64,000 bases of DNA from Octopus sinensis (GCF_006345805.1 NC_043004.1:3162001-3226000); one strand, 5' to 3'; positions 25,190 to 37,704 are shown, numbered from the stretch's first letter. Program-made: numbers and translations. The notes: generated by a model not told the origin, from the sequence alone.

Positions 25190-26443
25190 CAGGAGTTGGA
25201 CTAAATAATGGAAACACCTTAAAATTTCAACCAAATTTATTTTAAGAAGGGGTAGGACCGCCTTTGGCAGTAATTACAGCTTGAATTCTACGAGGTATGG
25301 GCTCGTACAAAGTTTCAATTGTTTCTAAAGGAATTTTTGTCCATTCTTCAGCTAAAACAGTCTCCAGTTCTTGTAGTGATGATGGTGGAGGATATCGACT
25401 TCTTCCTTGTTTTTCTAAAATGCACCATAAATGTTCAATAATATTGAGATCTGGCGACTGTGGTGGCCTGATAAGAAGTTCAACTTCACTAGAATGTTCC
25501 TCGTGCCTTTCAGTAACAAATTCAGCTGTGTGAATTGGTGCATTATCATCCTGAAAGATTGCCTTACCATCCGGAAACAGTTCCACAACCATAGGATGAA
25601 TTTGATCCGATAAAATGCTTAAATAGTCTGGACTCTTAATTCTGCCATGAAGGGAAACCATTCGGCCGGCAGAATTCCAAAATACAACCCCCGCCAGATC
25701 ATCACAGGTCCTCCTCCATGTTTAACAGTTGGAAGAAGGCAGTGGGTCAAATGCTTCTTTTGGATGTCTGCACACGTATACTCGACCAGTTGTCGGAAAT
25801 AAGGTAACGGATGACTCATCCGAGAAAACAGCATTCTCCCACTGGTCTAGGGACCAATTCTGTAGGTTTTTACTCTACTCTAAACGCTTTGCAACTTTTG
25901 TTTTTGAAAGTAGTGGATTTCTGACTGCAGCCTTCCCATGAAATCCGGCTTTGTGCAGCTCCCAGTGAACAGTTTTTGTGGAAACTGGGTTTTCGAGGTG
26001 GTCATTAAGCTCTGCAGTAATTTTGCGAGCTGTACTTTTGTGATCCTTTATAATAATTCGCGTAAGAGCCTAACGGTCACTATCTGAAAGTTTGGGTTTC
26101 GACGAGGAGGTTTTTCCCCCTTTCTGAAAGGCTGTCATTACTTTCGGGACAGCACTTCGTGGTACACCAAATATTTTGGCTGTTTTCGTTGCACTAGCGC
26201 CTGCCATACGAGCACCAACAATTTGACCTCTTTGAAAGTCCGATAGATCTGTCATTTTAATAAATTTGAATTACCGTTTTCTGATGATATCTGAAAAGAA
26301 GCAGCAATTTTAGCAAAACATATTAAGCAACACTAATAATTAATCAAAAAACATAAAAATTAACAAGCTTTTGACTGTTTTATACATATTTCAAAATTAT
26401 GATGCTATGATGCTAGGTGTTTCCATTATTATTTTGTCCAACT

Positions 26444-26447
<4 letters not shown>
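25190..26447 (-). mobile_element. Tc1-superfamily transposon, DD36E type, complete ends, disrupted transposase (25242-26255)
   Basis: ~30-bp TIRs CAGGAGTTGGAC(T/A)AAATAATGGAAACACCT, TA flanks; MTDLSDFQRGQIVGAR (HTH), FSDES, VKHGGG, FQDDNAPIH, SPDLNIIEHLW with 36 residues between the second D and E. Confidence 0.92.
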
Positions 26448-26512
<65 letters not shown>

Positions 26513-26537
26513 TATACATATGTATATATACATATGT

Positions 26538-26581
<44 letters not shown>

Positions 26582-26748
26582 TATATATATATACATATAT
26601 ATAATTTTAAAAACATGGAGAAAAAGAGACAAGAAAAAAACAACAACGCGCAGATGAGGTATATCCAAGAAGGAAAGAAAGGGTTCACATGTGGTTATTT
26701 ATGTGTGATTGCGTGTGTGAGTTGGAAGGTAAGTGTGTGTGAATGGGT

Positions 26749-26781
<33 letters not shown>

Positions 26782-26782
26782 A

Positions 26783-27075
26783 GCATGGCTAGGGCACTGG
26801 AACGAGACTGGGGACATCGTACGATCGTTAGATCGTGGCTTCGATTCCCGGACCGAGAGGTGCGTGGTGCTCTTGAGCAAAACTTTCACGTTGCTCCAGT
26901 CCACTCAGCCGTAAATGGGTCATCGTGTGACGGACTAGACTTCAGATCCAGCGGGATTCTTGGCTCGGTCGCCTAACCAGTGGGTTATCATGATTTGAAC
27001 AACTAAAACAATGGATTATGGCCAGCGATATGTAACACTTGATAGGCTAATCGATTACCTGATCAAGTGATATGT
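26783..27075 (+). mobile_element. Degenerate CORE-like SINE (family C head) with tail type i
   Basis: GTTCG-like B box, CTTGAGCAAAACTTTCACGTTGCTCCAGTCCACTCAGC; tail homologous to 4778-4900. Confidence 0.7.
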
Positions 27076-27093
27076 GTATAGGGTAAAGACTAA

Positions 27094-27430
27094 ATGCCCC
27101 CTTCGGTCATGAATGACTATGGGATAGTACCTAGAAAGTTCCCCTCCAAAGCACAAATCTTGGCAACGTTGTTTTGTGGAAGACTAACAGTCGCCCATGC
27201 ATACCAGCCTCCACTCTCCAAGCCACCAGTGTTATACAAGGTAAACGATACAAAGGACCGATACAGCTTGGCACCAGTGACGTCGCAACTCATTCCTGCA
27301 GCTGAGTGAACTGGAGCAACGTGAAATAAAGTGCCTTCCTCAAAAACACACACACACGCAGCGCGGTCCGGGAATCGAACTCATCTCATGGTTGTGAGCC
27401 CGACGCTCTAACTACTGAGCCATGTGCCTT
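27094..27430 (-). mobile_element. tRNA-derived CORE-like SINE (family C)
   Basis: Minus head GAAGGCACATGGCTCAGTAGTTAGAGCG...GAGTTCGATTCCCGGACC; ATTTCACGTTGCTCCAGTTCACTCAGCTG. Confidence 0.85.
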
Positions 27431-27432
27431 CA

Positions 27433-27550
<118 letters not shown>

Positions 27551-28091
27551 TATATATATTAGATAGGTACATACATACATATGTATGTGTACATATACGC
27601 ACGTACTGAGACTCCGAAATAAACACGAATACAGTCGCTCCTCATATCTTCATCCTTATATCCTTTGGTTTTATGAGAGTTCATAACCCGAAAATTATGT
27701 ACTTGACACTGGGATTTTCTTTATCGATTTTCTTTATCTATGCAAAGTGAGCAGGATCGCTAAGTGTAGTAATGTGTATGTCTAGGTGATCGTTATTTTC
27801 TACCCCCCCCCCACACACACACATGCGTGTGTCCTAGATCCTGGTAAGGTATAAAGGTTGGCTATTTCCAGAAAAAAACCTAACCCAGGTTGTGGGCCAT
27901 CAACATTGTCAGATTCCAGACCAATATCGAAATTCTTCGAGTGTAGAAAATCCTAATTTCATGAAGGCACCACCGTATCATGTAGAGTGAATTATAATCC
28001 AAATAAGAAGATAAATAAATCCTTCAACACATCTTTAATGATTCGTTACAATTGTTTCATTACCAACGCTGCAACGCCAGTTTACACAATA

Positions 28092-28302
28092 ATTCGATGT
28101 GAAAATTTACGTAATGTTTGCAGTTTTAGACATTAGAGTGGTACTTCATCAGATTTGCATGAAAGGTGCGCTTCCACATTGTTCGTCTTGCAGGCAATGT
28201 TTGGAAGAAGCACCATGTGATGGCACACCTTTGATGCAAGTCTGATGTAGTGCCAATGTAATGTGTAAAACCGCAAACATTACGTAAATTTTCACTTCGA
28301 AT
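28092..28302. repeat. Foldback/MITE-like element, ~77-bp inverted arms
   Basis: 28092-28135 vs 28259-28302: 44 bp, 3 mismatches; pairing continues inward to GAAAGGTG/CACCTTTG. Confidence 0.85.
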
Positions 28303-28910
28303 ATTTGCGCAATCTCGCGATCCCGGCAGAGTTTTTAGCCCTTCAATACGAAAAAACATTGTATTGTTAATATGGCATATTCATCATTCTGCAAACCGGA
28401 AAAGAATAAATATTTTCAGTGGTAAAAACTTATAAATGACAAAGTCAACACTTTTGCTATAATCATTTACTGTTCATTGATTTTTATCTCAAGGCAAAAT
28501 AATATTAAATTTATATTAATATATGCTAAAGACGAAAACATACAGAAAGAAACTGGTCTGTTGCTATGGAAGTATTCGGAAACTAAGTATGTAAAATATT
28601 TAAAGAATGTGACATTTTGAGCGGAATGGTTGTAATGATACCTTCGTGAAGGAAAGGAAAAACAAAACAGCTTGAGATACCTTTTTTCTCTTTTACCAAA
28701 TATGGAGGAAAATATAACAACACTGGTTATAGAGGGAATTCTGAAGAACCAAGATTAATATTGCGCTTGTAGAGAAATTCTTGTGACAATCGTAAAAGAG
28801 ACCCTCGTTCAGCGCTTCTCGAGTGTATTAGTTTCATTTGTAGTCCAGGCCATGCTATGGTGAAATATAACTCTTTCAATGCGAGTTTTGAAATTAAGCA
28901 TTCTGTTCTT

Positions 28911-28915
<5 letters not shown>

Positions 28916-28994
<79 letters not shown>

Positions 28995-28999
28995 AAGAA

Positions 29000-29032
<33 letters not shown>

Positions 29033-29058
29033 AAGAAAGAGAGAGAGAGAGAGAGAGA
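28916..29058. repeat. (AG)n microsatellite
   Basis: Direct reading. Confidence 0.95.
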
Positions 29059-30157
29059 GCAATTCTAAATACTTTCATGAAGAATATATACTGATTACTG
29101 ATGGCGAAGAAAAACATTTGCGGCAACTCTTTGGATCTTTGGATGAGATTTCACTCTGTAAATACGGCAGCAATTCAAGATGTCCTAAATTTCTATGAAG
29201 TACCAGGTTCTTTTCAATAGTGACATTTTTTTGTTTTTGTAGACTTATACCAATGTGTATATTTATAGTTATTCTGGCATAATGAATACATACATACATA
29301 AACACACACACACATACACAAAGAATACACAATCACATGCATACACCATAATAAACACACCACTGTATTTAAGCACATACATATATATACACGCACAGAT
29401 ACACACATACATTTATGGACAGAATACTTTATCAGCCTCATCTCTGTGACAAGTGTCAACAAATGTTATTTTCATTTTCATTCATCAACAGCGAGGAATA
29501 TAAAAACAAAAAGCGATAAGGACGGTCTGACTCTCCAGAAACACAATGCAGTTTTCTAAGTTTAATCTTTAACCCAAGCAAATATTTATGAAAGGAATAA
29601 GAGATGAAAATATATTGCCACACATACCAAAGCAATAACTTTTTATAGATTTAATAATCAAAGGCGTTAGTATTTATTTTATCGTAGTTCATAAGACTAT
29701 TTGCATTTTCAGCGCAAATTCCAGCATCGTTGATTTAGTGTCAACTGCATAAATCACTAAACCTCCGACCGCCCGACGAGCATGCTTTCTATTTTTCTCT
29801 CTAGATTTTCCACCACACGACACTAACTCCGGCTCCTCTTGTATCATGGCCTATATCATGTCACCTATTCATTCATTTCATCCCTGCCACCGTTACCCGT
29901 ATTGACTCTATCCCACCCACACAATTACCACTATTTCAAACAATTATATTTACATACAGTTTCCCCACCTCGGGCCATCACTGCTCTGGATATTCCTTCC
30001 CCGCTAAAGATATTTCAGCGACCGTCATATTGTAACTCGTGCAACAGGAAATTTAAAACGCGCCAATTACTCAGAGAACCTACAATTACCATTGGCAATG
30101 TACTTTGATTGAGACTGATTTCTACACGCGCCAAAGTACTGGGTCCTATGTTATTCT

Positions 30158-30436
30158 GGCATTCCGTCGGTTACGACGACGATTGTTCCAGCTGAACCCG
30201 CTCGAGAAATTAACGTGGCTGAGCACTCCACAGGCATGCGTGCTTTTAACGTAAGTCTCAGCGAGATTGAGCGTGACTCAGAATGTAACAAGGCTGACCT
30301 AATGTTTGCCAGCTGAGTGGAGTAGGGCAACGTGAAACAAATTGTCTTCCACAAGGACACAACACCTCGCTGGAAATCGAACTCAAACTTTTACGATTGT
30401 GAGACGTATATCTGTAGCCACTAAGCCACACAAGCT
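30158..30436 (-). mobile_element. CORE-like SINE (family C head) with tail type iii
   Basis: Tail CTGTGGAGTGCTCAGCCACGTTAATTTCTCGAGC...CGTCGTAACCGACGGAATGCCA is shared with family B copies at 42964 and 46343. Confidence 0.75.
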
Positions 30437-30479
30437 TTTTAGCAAAAAAAACAAAACAGAAATATTGAAGTATTATACA

Positions 30480-30778
30480 TATTTCTTTACTACCCACAAG
30501 GGGCTAAACACAGAGGGGGCAAACAAGGACAGACAAACGGATTAAGTCGATTATACCAGTGTGTAACTGGTACTTATTTAATCGACCCCGAAAGGATGAA
30601 AGGCAAAGTCCACCTCGGCGGAATTTGAACTCAGAACATAGCGGCAGACGAAATACCACAAAGCATTTCGCCCAGCGTAGTAACGTTTCTACCAGCTCGC
30701 CGCCCTAAAATGAAAAGCCGGACAAAGTGCGTAACCCGTTTTGTCCGGTGTGCTAACGATTCTACCAGCTCACCGCTC
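30480..30778 (-). mobile_element. SINE family A (30480-30704) plus a second head fragment (30735-30778)
   Basis: Homology to 9400-9631. Confidence 0.88.
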
Positions 30779-31377
30779 TATATTGAAGTATTGCACCAAC
30801 AGAGTTCTTTAAGATGAGTGTCCATACACGTTTACAATTACTGTTGTGTAGCCCTCATCCAGCAGACTTACCATGAAGAACACTTCAGCGAAAGGTTTAT
30901 TTTTCAGACACAGTGAACTGATTGTAGATTGATTGACCTATGTACTTCTAAAGTATTTAAGGTGGGAGTTTGCGATTTAAGTGAGATATAACTGTGTATT
31001 CTAGCAGTGCTGTTCAGTTTTATCATTATTGTCAATATCTAGTGAATGGCTTTCACTACCGATAATCAGGAAGGAAGAATTCCATTGATAGGAGAAAATA
31101 AATTATCTTGACAACTTAAAAGAAAAAATCAATTGTTGGCATTAAACTTTTTGCAGAGAGTCTATGTTTTCTAGCATGAAGAAATTCATGCAAATTTAAT
31201 TAGTTCTATTATTTAGATAATTTAGTTTTAATATTCATTGTCTAAGATTATATTAGATAATTTGAGATATTATCATTAGAGAAATATCAGAAGAATAATT
31301 AGACGGCCCCCGTCATAACAAACAATAGCGATATTGATACTGACGGGAAACAAAGAACCATTAAGTAAAGTATATAC

Positions 31378-31913
31378 TCACACAGAAACACACACAATTA
31401 TATAGACCGGCACACTTGTTAGAGCGATGTTATCTAGGCTGGAGAAGCTAATCTTGAAGTTATAGCCATTAAAACATTGTACACTACACCGGAAAAGACC
31501 ACACATACGCAGACACTATCAAATGCTCTAACTAAAATTGCTGAAATCCTACCAACCGTCCAGTGGAGGATTCTGCCTTTCAAATGTTATATTTTACAGA
31601 TCCACTCTCACAACTTTGATATTGCAAGATACTACAAGAAACAATAGTTTCAAAGATACACTACAGAACACAAAAATCCAGAGGATGAGGTTAACTCCAC
31701 TTATCTGTACAACTTCATCCAGAGTCTGCTGATGCCAGAAAACAACACAAGAAATTTACTTGGAGTATTGGATAGTGTCTGCGTATATGTGGTCTTCTCT
31801 CGAGTAGTGTACAATGTTTTAATGGCTATAACTTCAAGATTAGCTTCTCGAGCCTAGATAACATCGTTCCAACAAGTGTGCCGGTCAGTATAATTGTGTG
31901 TGTTTCTGTGTGA
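31378..31913. repeat. Foldback/MITE-like element, ~154-bp inverted arms, ~230-bp spacer
   Basis: 31378-31531 is the reverse complement of 31760-31913 at roughly 90% identity by eye. Confidence 0.9.
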
Positions 31914-32226
31914 AAACAACACAGCAAGAAATATCATAGGAAGCATCCTTGATAGTATCTTCTTTACTCACCTAGAATCCGTATTTTCCAATTGTACCTC
32001 CCTGAGAAATTACGCATATTGCAATATCCAGGAAACACACCTAACATTCTGTTGCCATTAAAGAAACGTCTTAACTTTTAATCATTGTCCGCTATAATCT
32101 ATAAAAAACCAGTTTAAAACTACACAAGATATATACAAATGTATGATAGTTACTGCTGGCTCATAATAATATTTCTCCCTTCCGCCGGCCACCAGCTTTG
32201 GCTACTATTTATTGCAGCACAAAGTA

Positions 32227-32730
32227 GAGGCACAATGGCCCAGTGGTTAGGGCAGCGGACTCGCGCTCGGAGGATCGCGGTTTCGATTCCCAGACCGGGC
32301 GTTGTATGTGTTTATTGAGCGAAAACACCTAAAGCTCTACGAGGCTCTGGCAGGGGGTGGTGGCGAACCCTGCTGTACTCTTTCGCCTTAACTTTCTCTC
32401 ACTCTTTCTTCCTGTTTCTTGTCCCCGACTTCCTACGCAACCGTTGAGCCTGGATGCGCATTCTTCCATCCGTCAATGCTCTCAGTGTCGGAGGTTGACC
32501 TGCTTTCTCTTGTGCGGGTCTTACGAATAGCAAAGGACCACATTTCGGACTTCTTCCATCTTGCGAGCTCTGGGACGAAGATCGTTCGCTCAACAGCAAC
32601 AGCAAGTACCAGAAAGAAATGTAACTGCTTACAATGTACGAACAAGTAACCTGATTTCGGTAGTCTTTAAACCTTGGCCAGAAGAGCAGAGGTAGCGGTG
32701 ATACATGTCTCACCTCTCAGTAACAAAAGA
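32227..32730 (+). mobile_element. SINE family B head and body with a distinct long tail (type ii)
   Basis: GAGGCACAATGGCCCAGTGGTTAGGGCAGCGGACTCGC...GGTTTCGATTCCCAGACCGGGCG; sequence after ~32410 differs from other copies; 3' boundary approximate. Confidence 0.8.
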
Positions 32731-32994
32731 AGAGCTGGTGACAGTTTCCTGTCCGTCTAACCGTATTAGATTATCACATAACAATATTTATCGCCGATGT
32801 CCTTTCAACTTCAACACGTAAGTTTAACCGACCAACGTACGCCCTTACACTTTCTCACTCTGAAGCCATTTTTTTTCTTTATTTTCCCACCTTACGAGTT
32901 TCACACGTCAGACGTAGAATTTACGTCTACGAATCTTCAAGTAATGCGATACTTGGTTAGATAGTTTAGGTACATATATATATATATATTATAT

Positions 32995-33030
<36 letters not shown>

Positions 33031-33309
33031 AAGGACAGACAAATAGACGGATAGATAGATAGATACATTGAGAGATAGATAGGCAGATAGATAAACAAAT
33101 AGATAGATAGAATAATGTGTGTGTATGTGTGTATGAGTGCATGTCTGAGTCTTTGATTGTGTATATCTATGTCTATATACGTATATATATGTATGTGTAT
33201 CCATATATACATATATATACTTGTGTATGTATACATATATATATATATACATGTATGTATATACATGTATATATATATATTTATATATATATATATAATA
33301 ATAATAATA

Positions 33310-33359
<50 letters not shown>

Positions 33360-33426
33360 TTAGAGAGTATATCCAAACTTACAGGGAAAAATTAGATTTT
33401 GGATTAAATCAAATTTCACAGTATAA

Positions 33427-33704
33427 ATATAAATTAAATTAGAGATAAAACCACTATTAGGCAACTCAAACAGTGATAGACATAAACCAAAACATAAAAA
33501 ATAAAAAATAAATATAATTTATATAATATATAATATATGTATAAAATATAAAATTTAAAATTTAAATTATTAAAATTTCAATTTTTTTATTTTTATATCC
33601 TTAAATTTTTATATTTTTAAAAAATTTTTTAATTTATAAATTTTTTAATTTTTTAATTATTAAATTTAATTTGAGTTGCCTAATAGTGGTTTATATCTAA
33701 TTTA

Positions 33705-33712
<8 letters not shown>
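33427..33712. repeat. 44-bp inverted repeat around an almost pure A/T spacer
   Basis: ATATAAATTAAATTAGAGATAAAACCACTATTAGGCAACTCAAA (33427-33470) and its reverse complement (33670-33712), 1 substitution and 1 indel. Confidence 0.85.
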
Positions 33713-33742
<30 letters not shown>

Positions 33743-33772
33743 ACTTATATATACATATACATATATATACAT

Positions 33773-34262
33773 AACTTAACTTAGATAACTTAGAAAGGTT
33801 TCGGCCAGTGTTGGCCCAGGCCATGTCTAACTTAATAGCACCACCTGGTGAAGTCTTTCAATTCAGGATTTGGGCATCAAGGCTCATTCGAAAAGAGAGT
33901 TTTTGTTTGCGGAGACATATCCGGGTGTGGGTGGTTTGTCCGGGACTGTTAAGAGGAATTTGTCCAAAGACTTCTTGAATTTTGTGTGATCAGTTTCTCT
34001 TTTGACGTGTCCTGGTGTAATGTTGAAGAGAGTGGGGCCAATTGAGGTGAAATATGCCGTATTGTTGTAATAAGATGCGATTTAGATTTTCGTTTTGGAC
34101 GGATAGCACGGGGTCCAAGTCTTGGGTGTATTTTGAAGGTGATGCCAACATCATTTGGACAGTGCTGATGGAATATTTTCCACATCATACAAATAATGTA
34201 GCGTCCACGGCGTCGTAGGAATGAACAGAGTTTCAGTTTTTCTAGTCGAGGTCTGACATGCC
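33773..34262 (-). mobile_element. 3' fragment of a CR1-group LINE (second family)
   Basis: RLEKLKLCSFLRRRGRYIICMMWKIFHQHCPNDVGITFKIHPRLGPR; ends GGCCGAAACCTTTCTAAG. Confidence 0.85.
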
Positions 34263-35429
34263 ATCTATATGCATTTACATATATACATATATATACATAT
34301 ATATATACTTATATATACATATACATATACATATATATATACTTATATATATACATATATATATACTTATATATATGACAGTATAAAATCAGGTTCTGCG
34401 ATTTTCAAGATAATTACCACGTTTAAATAAGAAATGAAATTCATTGAAAGGTTATTCATGCAAATATAGCCAATGGGAATATTCCACTCTGTACTGATAT
34501 ATACTACTATAACAAAGAAATAATTTAAGATTTTAGATTTGTGCATAAGTTTTCATTGGATCTAATCCAGATAGTATTTTTAAAAATGCTTTAAAGTTTT
34601 ACATTTTAAAAATCTAATTTTAATGTTTAAGAAAATTATAAGACGCTAGATATTTATGCTTACAACATACTAAAATGTCTGTAATTTTATTTAATAATAT
34701 GTTTTTATTACTATTACTAGCGTATAGTATAATACTCGATTCCATTATGCAAAGCCTACAAGATTTAGCATGTGTGTTCTATGGTATTGATTCAGTAATT
34801 ATTGATCATCGTTAATTATACTCAATGTTAGACACTTTCAGCTGGTTCATGTATGGTGGTTAATGTCGTGGATGTTTATGTATGATGCTAATGTCGTGGA
34901 ATTCTTGGGTCCCCTATATCTATTTTTTTAAATCAACAGTACTCCCTATATAAATTTTCTTATGTCCCGTAGGGCTTACTGAACTAACTTCGCATATATA
35001 CTGAACTAACTTCGTATATATATATATATATATATACACGTGCATGTACATATATATATATGCGTGTATACTAAATCAATATATGTCATCTAAACTGGAA
35101 ATTCTAAAATGACTTCCTTTGTCAATACAAAATGTCAATAGTCTGTCGAATGTACTTTTTAAAGTTACATTTCCAATAACTCTTTATCTTCTGTTTAAAC
35201 ATCCATCAATATACTTGATGATTTATGGTAAATATATATATATATATATATATGGAGTTAAGCGCAGTTGTTATTCAAATCATTATACTTCCAACACATG
35301 TTTCGAAGAAAACATTGGTATTATTCCAGAAGAAATAAAATAATGAAAAACAATGCAATCTTCTCATCAGGAGAAGGAAAAGAGAAACAATTCACACCAA
35401 TAAGACATTTTAACCGAATGTGATTACTG

Positions 35430-35575
35430 CATATATGATGAAGGGAACGCAGGCGTAAGAACAACAAGCAAGTGTGTTAGTTTGACGCCCGGGAAGAAAT
35501 GAAAAAGTCTTTTACGTTTCGTGCCTCCGCTCTCCGACAGAGAGGAATAGGAGGAAATAGTGAGAGAATGGGAAA
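35430..35575 (-). mobile_element. Penelope-like terminal repeat with a decayed minimal hammerhead (35508-35543)
   Basis: Minus strand CTCT-CTGTCGG-A-GAGC-GGAG-GCAC-GAAAC-GTA-AAAG; architecture parallels 35995-36163. Confidence 0.55.
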
Positions 35576-35578
35576 AGA

Positions 35579-35910
35579 TTGTTTGCCAACATAACATGGC
35601 AGTCCTGATTTAGGACGAATGTTGCTGTAATTTAGCCCCAGGATAATCGTCTCCAGCTACATGATCTGTGTTTTTATATTTTCGGACAATGGAATCTAGT
35701 ACCCCCACTCAGTCCAAAACAATATGTATCGCGATTTTCGGGTTATTTCCCTTCACATATATTGTTTTGAACTGAGTCGGAGCGCTAGATTCTCTTGTTC
35801 GAATAATAAGGACACAGATCGTGTCGTACTGCCAGCTAGAGACGGTGTCAGCTGGGGCTATATTACAACACTCGTCCTAAACAGGACTGCCATGTTATGT
35901 TGGCAAACAA
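35579..35910. mobile_element. MITE-like element, ~80-bp terminal inverted repeats
   Basis: TTGTTTGCCAACATAACATGGCAGTCCTG is a perfect 29-bp match at both ends, followed by gapped similarity to ~80 bp. Confidence 0.85.
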
Positions 35911-35994
35911 ATTTACTACAAAGAACTGTTGCTGAATATCTCATGTTGTGAGATTTACAAAATCGAAAAATAAGTATTGCATTCAATGGTCGAA

Positions 35995-36163
35995 TACATA
36001 CATATCTTCCCTTCTCGGGATCTTTCCTTCCCCTATGTTTCCGACGAAGAGCTCCGCTCGAAACGTTAAACCCTCCTTCTTCCCTTCTTTCCTGAGCGTC
36101 CAATAATACTATATTTGTTCCACGTCCTCGCGTCGTTGTGTTTGTTTTCTTGTTTGGATTAAC
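35995..36163 (+). mobile_element. Penelope-like terminal repeat with a minimal hammerhead-like motif (36037-36071)
   Basis: GTTT-CCGACGA-A-GAGC-TCC-GCTC-GAAAC-GTT-AAAC; ends GGATTAAC then (TA)n, exactly as at 7503. Confidence 0.7.
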
Positions 36164-36186
36164 TATATATATATATATATATACAT

Positions 36187-36233
<47 letters not shown>

Positions 36234-36245
36234 TAAATACATATA

Positions 36246-36313
<68 letters not shown>

Positions 36314-36446
36314 TAAAAACGGTAAGATAACAAAAGTAAGAAAGAGACCTCAATATTATGTAAATAGATGAAATGTATCTGTAAAATAATATGTACAATT
36401 ATGCAATAGCCATGATAAAACTCTGAGTTTCTGTATATATATATAC

Positions 36447-36529
<83 letters not shown>

Positions 36530-36989
36530 ATTAGCAACGTTTATCTTGATAGAATCTTTTATCTAGAATCTTCTATCTCCAATTTCTCATTTATTTTCCT
36601 GATTAGAAACTTTATACACTATTACTATTTCAATTCATTTTAGATTCACTTTCTAAACTAACGCCTTCCAACATTCTGTTTAAATACTATGACCTAACTA
36701 AAAGCAAACTCCAAATACTCCTTGTTTGTCCTCCAAATACTTTAATGAGCAATTTCTAATTAAATATTTTTACCAAAGATTTTCCTTAGAAATTGTTAAT
36801 CTCTAAACCAATCCTTGTCTATTATGAAATATCACGCTTTAACCACTCAATGTTGTTTGATTAATACCTTAGGGATACAAACGTAACCAACTATTTATCA
36901 ACCAGTTAGTTAATATTTCCTCATTAGTGAAATATGTTATTTCGTCTCGTAAAATCTCTATCGTTGCTGTTCAAATATTATCGTCTCCT

Positions 36990-37445
36990 TTACACAAGCG
37001 GCCTTAAAGATGTTTCGCAAATGCAATTGTTCAATCTCTACTCTCTCCAACGCTTCCGGCAGCGCTACATCATTTGTTTGATGTGGAAAATATTCCATCA
37101 ATATTGCACAAATGATGTTGGCATCAATTTTAAAATTCACCCAAGACTTGGACCCCGTGGTATCCTCCCACTACAAAACTCGAACTCAGGACACATAACA
37201 ATATTACGCCACGATTACTTTACCTCACCAAAATACACCAAAACGGAAACGGATCCCATAAAGTTCAAAAGTTCACTGGACAAATTTCTCCACAAAATCC
37301 CGGACCAGCCACCTTCCTCCGGATATATCACCATAAATAATAACTCTTTGCTAGAGTGGGCCATATATGACTAAATGACTTCACCAGGTGGTGCTATTAG
37401 GTTAGACATAGCCTAGGTCTCTACTGGCCGAAACCTATCAAAGTT
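36990..37445 (+). mobile_element. 3' fragment of a CR1-group LINE (same family as 33773-34262)
   Basis: LYSLQRFRQRYIICLMWKIFHQYCTNDVGINFKIHPRLGPR...LDKFLHKIPDQP; ends GGCCGAAACC. Confidence 0.85.
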
Positions 37446-37505
37446 GTTGCAGTTAAGTTGATATTCCAAATATATTAAACAAAATTGTATATGTATATAT
37501 ATATA

Positions 37506-37544
<39 letters not shown>

Positions 37545-37549
<5 letters not shown>

Positions 37550-37704
37550 GACAGGCTCCTTTCAGTTTCCTTCTACCAGATCCACTCACAAAGCTTTGGT
37601 CGGCCCGTAGAAGACACTTGCCCAAGGTACCACGCAATGGGATTGGCCCGGAACCATGTGGTTCGTAAGCTAGTTACTTACCACACAGCCACTCCTACGC
37701 CTAT
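37545..37704 (-). mobile_element. 5' half of SINE family D ending in its internal (TA)n
   Basis: ATAGGCGTAGGAGTGGCTGTGTGGTAAGTAACTAGC...GTACCTTGGGCAAGTGTCTTCTAC. Confidence 0.8.

Noticed and set aside
28738-28790. CTGAAGA...CAAG/CTTG...GAGAAAT hammerhead-like string
   Set aside because: Core spacing is wrong and there is no stem I or NUH
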